64,000 nucleotides of DNA from a virus. The stretch is taken from IMG/VR virus record IMGVR_UViG_3300018022_000003, positions 63,427 to 127,426 of that record. One strand, 5' to 3'. Position numbers and translations under genes: made by a program. The notes under the pieces were generated by a model. It was not told the DNA's origin and ran no database searches. It saw nothing but the letters and a program-made list of their open reading frames with translations. Positions within the stretch are counted from its first letter, which is position 1; each line of letters opens with the position of its first letter. Below are positions 58,326-64,000 of the stretch, one piece after another.

Positions 58326-58527
58326 GCTATATCCGTATGTCCCCCCGTGTTTTCTGGTATTTATCCGTATGAGGCTTGTAGAACGTCTTCCGGATACACT
58401 CCCCCTTAATACTAAACATACACCAAAATTACCAACAGGACTGCTAAAATCCTCCTGCATAGGGCATGGCCCCGGTGCGGCAGCCGGGCATAGGCCAGCA
58501 TAATATAGGCTTGGCCAGGGAGCTAGG

Positions 58528-59259
58528 ATGGAGTCAACACCCTACATGAACTCGGTGACCTCTGCCCGTGCCCTCCTCCTGGGGGAGGAAGAGGCGCTGG
58601 TAGGTGCCACCACCATAAGCCTGGAGACCCAGCAGGACCTCCAGGAGGACGACGTCTTCACCTACATCCAGGAGAACTTCGTGTCCTTCATAAGGATGCT
58701 GAGGTACCTGTCCCCCGAGGACCAGGACATGCTCCTGTCCTACTACCTCCTGGGGAAGACCCAGACCACGCTCGCCTCCATATTTAGGAGCACCCAGACG
58801 GTCTGCTCCTTCCGCATCAGGATGGCGGTGCGGGTTATCGGGGCCTTCCTGCTCTTCGGCGAGCCTACCGTGGAGGTGCTGGCCAGGGTGCTGGGCAAGG
58901 CCGGGCTGGAGGAATCGCTCAAGGGGGGCCTGTCCAGGGCGGTAATAGAGTATGCGAGGTGCCGCTCCTTCCAGGAGGTGGCCGACGTCCTGGGGCTGCA
59001 CCGGCCGGACGTGCGCCGGGCGATGAGCCGGGCGGCACGGGCGCTCATGGGTTCCAAGGACAGCCGGGAGGCCGCCTTGGCGGCATGGATACACTCCCTG
59101 GTGGACAAGTCCAACCCCGTGGGCCCCGGCTACAGCAAGCGGAAGATGCAGAAGGAGGGGCATATCTACCGCAAGGACCCCGACATCCTGGGGGAGTTCT
59201 CCGCCAGGATAGAGGACCCCGCCTTCGACTCCCTGTTCGTTTCGAGGGCAAACAGGTAA
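58528..59259 (+). CDS. transcription regulator with two sigma70 region-4-like HTH domains
   Basis: LSPEDQDMLLSYYLLGKTQTTLASIF and SFQEVADVLGLHRPDVRRAMSRA. Confidence 0.7.
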   Translation: MESTPYMNSVTSARALLLGEEEALVGATTISLETQQDLQEDDVFTYIQENFVSFIRMLRYLSPEDQDMLLSYYLLGKTQTTLASIFRSTQTVCSFRIRMAVRVIGAFLLFGEPTVEVLARVLGKAGLEESLKGGLSRAVIEYARCRSFQEVADVLGLHRPDVRRAMSRAARALMGSKDSREAALAAWIHSLVDKSNPVGPGYSKRKMQKEGHIYRKDPDILGEFSARIEDPAFDSLFVSRANR

Positions 59260-59269
59260 AGGAGGGGCA

Positions 59270-59779
59270 ATGGCCGCCGTGTGGAAGAGGTCGAGGTCGT
59301 CGGGCGGGGCAGATTACTGGGTGTCCAGCTTCTCCCCCAGGCTCGGCCTCAGGGAGAGGATAAGGGGTACCGTGGAGGGGCCTCTCAAGGCGGTGTGGAT
59401 AGCCTCCCTGGCCCTCCTCATCGCCGACTCCCTGGACGTGCTGTCCTCCTGGCTCGCCGACAGGTACGTCCCTATCTGGCAGGAGGGCAACTTCATCGCC
59501 CGCATCCCCCTGGTCCACAGGCTCATGCCTGGGGCGCTGCTCGCCGCCAAGGGGGAGGAGTACGTCCTCCTGGCCTGCTTCCTGCTCCTCCTCTACAGGG
59601 CGCTGCGCACCCGCCTGGACGCCGGTGCCTCCGCCCTCCTGGCGTCCCTGCCCATATGGCTGTCGGCGTGGATGTCGGCCTATGCTGCCTACGGCAACAT
59701 ATGCTTCACCGTCTCCTGGTTCGGGTGGATGCGGCACTACGAGGTCCTGTACCTGCTGGAGTCGCTCGTCCGGCGCTAG
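59270..59779 (+). CDS. membrane protein
   Basis: Several hydrophobic helices; W.EGN motif. Confidence 0.6.
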   Translation: MAAVWKRSRSSGGADYWVSSFSPRLGLRERIRGTVEGPLKAVWIASLALLIADSLDVLSSWLADRYVPIWQEGNFIARIPLVHRLMPGALLAAKGEEYVLLACFLLLLYRALRTRLDAGASALLASLPIWLSAWMSAYAAYGNICFTVSWFGWMRHYEVLYLLESLVRR

Positions 59780-59794
59780 CCAGTATTACCCCCT

Positions 59795-60631
59795 ATGGGC
59801 CTCAGGCACGGCAGCCTCTTCAGCGGCATCGGGATGATTGACTACGGCCTGGAGCTTGCGGGCTTCAGGACCGCATGGCAGGTAGAGATAGACCCCTACT
59901 GCCAGGCGGTGCTGCGCAAGCACTGGCCGGGGGTCCCCCTCTACGGGGACGTGAAGGAGTGCGGGAGTGGGAGAGAGCACGAGCTTGAGCGGGTTGACCT
60001 CGTCAGCGGGGGGTTCCCCTGCACAGACATCAGTATCGCCGGTCACGGGCCGGGAATCGGCACCCCCGACAACCCGACGAAGAGAAGTGGCCTCTGGTAC
60101 GAGTTCCACCGAATCGTGCGGGAGATGCGCCCTAGGTGGGCAGTCATTGAAAACGTGGCTAGACTCCTGCATACGGACGATGGTGCCGGGGTCATCTTTG
60201 ACATGGAGAAGGAGGGATATGCGTGCTGGCCCTTCCTACTGGGAAGCCATGTCATCGGAGCGCCCCACGAGAGGCGGAGGGCTTGGATTGTCTGCCGTGA
60301 CAACCACTCCCACGGCGACTGCGATACTGGTGCAGGAGTGGGACAGGGGCAGCTTCCCGATAACCTCCGGCGGGCGTTTGAGGAAGCGGTCGAAAAGGAA
60401 CATCACTGGAAGTGCGAACTGGCCGCAGGAGATGATGGCACGCATGGTCCTCCAGAGGAACCCGAGCCTGCTGCCTACAGCCGAGGCGTGCGAAGAGTTC
60501 ATGATGATTCCCACTGGGTGGACCGACTTAGGTGCTGCGGGAACAGCGTCATATGGTTCTTCCCCGCAGTCATCGGAGCCTACATCGCCCAGGCCGGGGA
60601 AGGAGGGGAAGATGGAGACAGAGGAGACTAG
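59795..60631 (+). CDS. DNA (cytosine-5) methyltransferase
   Basis: SLFSGIG (I), GGFPC (IV), ENV (VI), RRR.WIV (VIII), DRLRCCGNS (X). Confidence 0.9.
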   Translation: MGLRHGSLFSGIGMIDYGLELAGFRTAWQVEIDPYCQAVLRKHWPGVPLYGDVKECGSGREHELERVDLVSGGFPCTDISIAGHGPGIGTPDNPTKRSGLWYEFHRIVREMRPRWAVIENVARLLHTDDGAGVIFDMEKEGYACWPFLLGSHVIGAPHERRRAWIVCRDNHSHGDCDTGAGVGQGQLPDNLRRAFEEAVEKEHHWKCELAAGDDGTHGPPEEPEPAAYSRGVRRVHDDSHWVDRLRCCGNSVIWFFPAVIGAYIAQAGEGGEDGDRGD

Positions 60632-60950
60632 GACGGGGGCAGAGGCAGGGGGGCAGGCAGCGCCGCCTGCGCCGGCCGGGCAGGCCCAGGCAGTGCCCAG
60701 GGCCAGGAGGCCGAGGGCCAAGGGGGAGTGGGCCTTCATCTCCAAGCGGGTCCTTGCCCGCCTCGACAGGCAGCCCAGCAACCTCCAGTCGTTGGAGAAA
60801 CGGCTGGTGGAGGTAAAGCATATAGTCAAGGAGGGGCTGACCGAGCAGGCGGAGCTGGAGGAGGCTATCGCAGCTTTCAAGGGCGTGCGTGCCAAGGGCG
60901 GCCCCCAGCCACCTGAGAGGCGGCCGGCAAAGGCCAAGACCCTGTCCTAG
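59967..60950 (+). CDS. overprinted alternative-frame polypeptide of the first C5-MTase, running into a downstream coiled-coil gene (own ATG at 60612)
   Basis: AAGGAG-7nt-GTG; LLPTAEACEEFMMIPTGWTDL resembles motif IX. Confidence 0.5.
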   Translation: MGESTSLSGLTSSAGGSPAQTSVSPVTGRESAPPTTRRREVASGTSSTESCGRCALGGQSLKTWLDSCIRTMVPGSSLTWRRRDMRAGPSYWEAMSSERPTRGGGLGLSAVTTTPTATAILVQEWDRGSFPITSGGRLRKRSKRNITGSANWPQEMMARMVLQRNPSLLPTAEACEEFMMIPTGWTDLGAAGTASYGSSPQSSEPTSPRPGKEGKMETEETRTGAEAGGQAAPPAPAGQAQAVPRARRPRAKGEWAFISKRVLARLDRQPSNLQSLEKRLVEVKHIVKEGLTEQAELEEAIAAFKGVRAKGGPQPPERRPAKAKTLS

Positions 60951-60957
60951 GGGCATA

Positions 60958-61839
60958 GTGAGAGTCTACTACAACGACAACGACAAGTTCTGCTGCGGGT
61001 GGGTGGAAAAGCTCATCGAGGCAGGGCTTGTCCCCCCTGGGGACATCGACGACAGGAGCATATGCGATATAGGGCCCGAAGAGGTCAGGAGGTACGACCA
61101 GTGCCACTTCTTCAACGGGATTGGGGGATGGCCCCTGGCCCTCCTCCAGGCAGGGTGGGGGGACAGGCCCGTATGGACAGGCTCGTGCCCGTGCCAGCCG
61201 TTCAGCTCGGCAGGGAGGAAGGAGGGGGTCAAGGATGAAAGGCACCTCTGGCCAGCCTTCTTCGGCCTCATCCAGGAGTGCCGCCCTCCAGTCGTGCTTG
61301 GAGAGCAGGTTGCGACAGCGGTTGGAAGGGGCTGGCTCGACATTGTACTCGGAGACCTGGAGGCGGAAGGCTACGCCTGCGGGGCGACCGTACTTGGCGC
61401 ACACAGCGTCGGCGGCCCCCACATCAGGCAGCGGATATACTGGTGGGGCGACAGGGATTTCAGGGTACCCTACCCCGCAGGCACGGGACTACAAGGGCCC
61501 GCAGGGGAGGGCCTACGAGACCAAGCGTGCGACCTGCTCGACGACGAGCAGGGTGGTCGGGAAGAAGAAGCAGCAGGCGCTCGACCTCCCGGCAGTGGCG
61601 CTGATGGTGGAGGGAGTGGGGCAGCGCTTCCCGGAGGCAAGGGTTTCTGGAAGGGCTGGGAATGGCTTCTGTTCCGTGACGGCACGAGGCGTCCAGTTGA
61701 ACCCGGCGCTTTCCCGCTGGCTCATGGGGTTCCCCAGGGAGTGGGACGACTGCGTGGCTACGGTAACGCTCTCTGCGTCCCGACCGCCAAGGCGTTCATA
61801 GGGTCCTACATGGAGGCCGTCAGCCCAGCAGTTCCCTGA
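60958..61839 (+). CDS. second DNA (cytosine-5) methyltransferase, phage YYN[ED]-type with displaced motif I
   Basis: YYNDND..G..DDRSI..QCHFFNGIG..WTGSCPCQPFS..GEQV..RQRIYW..LRGYGNA. Confidence 0.9.
   Translation: MRVYYNDNDKFCCGWVEKLIEAGLVPPGDIDDRSICDIGPEEVRRYDQCHFFNGIGGWPLALLQAGWGDRPVWTGSCPCQPFSSAGRKEGVKDERHLWPAFFGLIQECRPPVVLGEQVATAVGRGWLDIVLGDLEAEGYACGATVLGAHSVGGPHIRQRIYWWGDRDFRVPYPAGTGLQGPAGEGLRDQACDLLDDEQGGREEEAAGARPPGSGADGGGSGAALPGGKGFWKGWEWLLFRDGTRRPVEPGAFPLAHGVPQGVGRLRGYGNALCVPTAKAFIGSYMEAVSPAVP
61235..61801 (+). CDS. overprinted alternative-frame polypeptide of the second C5-MTase
   Basis: AAGGAGG RBS; YPTPQARDYKG and QLNPALSRWLMGFPREW. Confidence 0.65.
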   Translation: MKGTSGQPSSASSRSAALQSCLESRLRQRLEGAGSTLYSETWRRKATPAGRPYLAHTASAAPTSGSGYTGGATGISGYPTPQARDYKGPQGRAYETKRATCSTTSRVVGKKKQQALDLPAVALMVEGVGQRFPEARVSGRAGNGFCSVTARGVQLNPALSRWLMGFPREWDDCVATVTLSASRPPRRS

Positions 61840-62674
61840 ACTTGTCGGGCAGCCTGCCCGCCAGGCCCTCGTCGAAGTCCTGTAGGTACTCGGGGGGCAC
61901 CCTGCCCCTTATCCGCCCCACGTCCTGCGGCTGGTCCCAGTAGCGGAACCCTGCGTCCATGAGCTGGTAGAACAGGTCCTTGCGGTGGCCCTTCATGCGG
62001 ATTACGTCGGTGTCGTCCTGCCCGTAGTTCGGCCCGAACTCCTCCATCCCCAGGGCGACGAGGAGGCCCGGCATGTCCACCCCTGCCTCTGGGCATACCT
62101 TGATGTTCACCTCGTAGGAACCCCAGCTCTCCTCCGACTTCCTGCTTATCACCCCGTCCCCCTTGGCCTGGGGTTCTTCCATGAAGCCCTCGTAGGTCTG
62201 TGGCATCTTGTAGTCCTGCGCTGTCTCTATCTCGGCCCTGGTCTTTTCCCAGTCCTTGGGGGTCTCCCAGACCCGCAGGTACAGGACCCCGTCCCTTGCC
62301 ATCCAGCCGTACAGCCAGTCCAGCATGCCGGGCTTGAAGGCGACCTGGTTGTACGTCCTGCCGCCCAGGTACAGGGAGTACCGTGTCCGCTCTTTCTTGG
62401 GCCTGGGGTTCCTGTGCTCGGCGGCTCTCTCGGCGGCCCTCTCGGCCGCTTCCCTCCTGGCCTCGGCCTCCTCGGCTTCCTTCTCGGCCTTCTCGGCCGC
62501 TGCCTTCCTGGCCTCGGCCCAGTGCTCCGGGCTGACGTAGGGTAGGCCCGATGCCTCTAGCTCCGCCCATGCCCTGCGCCGTGCCTCACGCTCGGCCCTC
62601 CTGGTCTCGAAGCCCTTCCAGAACTCCTCGCTCCGGGCTATAAGCTCGGAGAGTTCCGTGCCGCAGTTTTCCAT
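61820..62674 (-). CDS. hypothetical protein (probably early)
   Basis: GGAGGGAG RBS; GGTG-TATACT promoter at 62692-62701 without the GAATCC box. Confidence 0.7.
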   Translation of the reverse strand: MENCGTELSELIARSEEFWKGFETRRAEREARRRAWAELEASGLPYVSPEHWAEARKAAAEKAEKEAEEAEARREAAERAAERAAEHRNPRPKKERTRYSLYLGGRTYNQVAFKPGMLDWLYGWMARDGVLYLRVWETPKDWEKTRAEIETAQDYKMPQTYEGFMEEPQAKGDGVISRKSEESWGSYEVNIKVCPEAGVDMPGLLVALGMEEFGPNYGQDDTDVIRMKGHRKDLFYQLMDAGFRYWDQPQDVGRIRGRVPPEYLQDFDEGLAGRLPDKFRELLG

Positions 62675-62740
62675 GCTCCCTCCATGCCTATAGTATACAC
62701 CGAGAAACACCAGGATACAGGGGGAAGTTGGGGCGTTCCC

Positions 62741-63478
62741 CTAGTAGTTCTTCCAGAGGCACTCCACCTCGTCGGTATTGCTGAGCTTGTTCCGCTTCGG
62801 CACCCTGAGGAACGGCTCCCCGAGCGCCTCCAGGTAGGTCCTGTGCCCGTACTCGCTCAGCAGCCAGCGGAACCTGGCGCTCTTGAGCATGCCAATCATG
62901 CCGTCGTAGTCGAACCTGCCCTTCCTCCTCCCGTAGCTCCTTACGCTGCAATCCCGGTAGGGGGGGTCTAGGTAGACGAAGCTGTCCGGGCCGAGCTGCT
63001 CAAGGTGCAGGTCGTGCCAGTCGAGGGCGGTGACCACCACCCCCGTCCTCTCCATTATCTCGTAGCACTGCCGGACCTTCTCCCTGTATGTGCCAGGGAG
63101 CAGCGGCTTACGCACCGGCCCCGAATCCCCGTAGGTCCCGGCATGCGAGCAGACATAGGGTTCAAGGATTGCCGCCCTCAGGGTGATGTGGCCATGGAGC
63201 TTCTTGTACTCCATGTACCTTCCGTACTCTCCGGGGAGGTCCCTCGGCAGCCTTACCCTCCCCCCGGACCTCCGGATGGCCTCGAAGAGCGGGGCGGTGG
63301 CTATGTCGTTGACATGATACTCCTCGAACTTCCACGGGGCGAGGGTACCCACGGCCCACAGGACGTTCCCCCGCCCTGCGAACGGCTCCGTGTAGGTCCT
63401 GGCACAGGGCATCTGGTCCACCAGCACCCTGGCCATGCCTGTCTTGCTGCCCGCATAGGGGAGGTTCGGAAGCCTCAT
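62741..63478 (-). CDS. DNA adenine methyltransferase (Dam/D12 class)
   Basis: YAGSK, TEPFAG.G, VNDI, YLDPPY. Confidence 0.9.
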   Translation of the reverse strand: MRLPNLPYAGSKTGMARVLVDQMPCARTYTEPFAGRGNVLWAVGTLAPWKFEEYHVNDIATAPLFEAIRRSGGRVRLPRDLPGEYGRYMEYKKLHGHITLRAAILEPYVCSHAGTYGDSGPVRKPLLPGTYREKVRQCYEIMERTGVVVTALDWHDLHLEQLGPDSFVYLDPPYRDCSVRSYGRRKGRFDYDGMIGMLKSARFRWLLSEYGHRTYLEALGEPFLRVPKRNKLSNTDEVECLWKNY

Positions 63479-63813
63479 CGCCTTCCCCCTGCCAAAACGT
63501 CATGCTCCCATAACACCACCACCCTCCAGCCCTTGGCCTCCAGGGCTAGCCTGGTAGCCTCGTCACGCTGGCGGTTCCGCCCTATCTTGGCCGCCCAGTA
63601 CTCCGGCCTGGACCTCGGGAGCTTGAAGTGGAGGGGGCAGCCGTGCCAGAAGCATCCGTGGACGAACACGGCTACCCTCTTCGACTTGTTGAGTCAGTCA
63701 GGCCCTCTCCCCCTGCTGTGCCTCAGGCGGCAGCCTGCGGCGGCCTCCGCAGCCTTTCGGGCAGAGGCCTCCAGCTTGGAGACGGACCTGAACTGCCTCA
63801 TGTCCAGGCTCAC
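63475..63813 (-). pseudogene. vsr: very short patch repair endonuclease with an in-frame TGA
   Basis: GPD*LNKSKRVAVFVHGCFWHGC..W..KI.RN..RD..GW.V...WEH; TGA at 63694-63696. Confidence 0.75.
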
Positions 63814-64000
63814 GCCGGTACCTCGTCCTCCCCCGTAACCTTTGGCAGGGCGGCCATCACCCGCAGCCGCATGTAGCCTACGAAGTGCTCCTCGGCGTTC
63901 TCGTGCGGGGGGGGGGGGGGGGGGGGGCGGGGCGGGCGACCGCCCCGCGCTCTCCCTCGGCCCCCCCCCCCCGGCCCCCCGGCGCGCCCCTTCCCCCCCC

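Noticed and set aside
63905-64000. G and C homopolymer runs at the window end
   Set aside because: Low complexity, breaks an ORF, typical of a read or assembly-end artefact; not treated as a G-quadruplex or repeat element.
1-64000. Stop-codon reassignment (prompted by the TGA in vsr)
   Set aside because: Long genes are open under code 11, TGG is used for Trp, and TGA appears in normal ATGA/GTGA/TGATG couplings; TAG and TAA end many genes cleanly.
1-64000. CRISPR array, tRNAs, DGR, integrase or transposase
   Set aside because: No regularly spaced repeats, cloverleaf, reverse transcriptase or recombinase motifs were seen by eye.

Overview
This window is part of a large, GC-rich tailed phage genome with a contractile tail (myovirus). 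It is not ordinary bacterial chromosome. Head genes (prohead protease, scaffold, decoration protein, HK97-fold major capsid), tail sheath, tail tube, neck-like proteins, NHL and Ig-repeat fibre proteins and a large terminase are all present. Portal, tape measure and baseplate genes are not recognisable here. Accessory modules include: a Ku plus ATP-dependent ligase pair; three phosphatases; a phosphoglycosyl transferase; a seven-gene minus-strand glycosylation operon (GT2, GT11, GT6 fused to GT31, a second GT31-like gene, a methyltransferase, a pyruvyl transferase, headed by an EndoVII-like gene); and a methylation block (two C5-MTases, a Dam-like MTase, a Vsr interrupted by a stop). About 9 kb of small minus-strand genes sit behind a recurring GAATCC-N24/25-TATAcT promoter. 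The least explained signals are these: (1) a Ser-Pro-Pro tripeptide is strongly enriched in predicted surface-exposed virion proteins and is inserted into equivalent Ig loops, in a phage that carries its own glycosyltransferases; (2) K-x-A motifs punctuate modular head polyproteins; (3) both C5-MTases carry a second, overprinted reading frame that supplies a motif-IX-like segment; (4) a long RNA stem abuts the capsid-operon RBS. All family assignments come from motif recognition by eye. No database searches were run.
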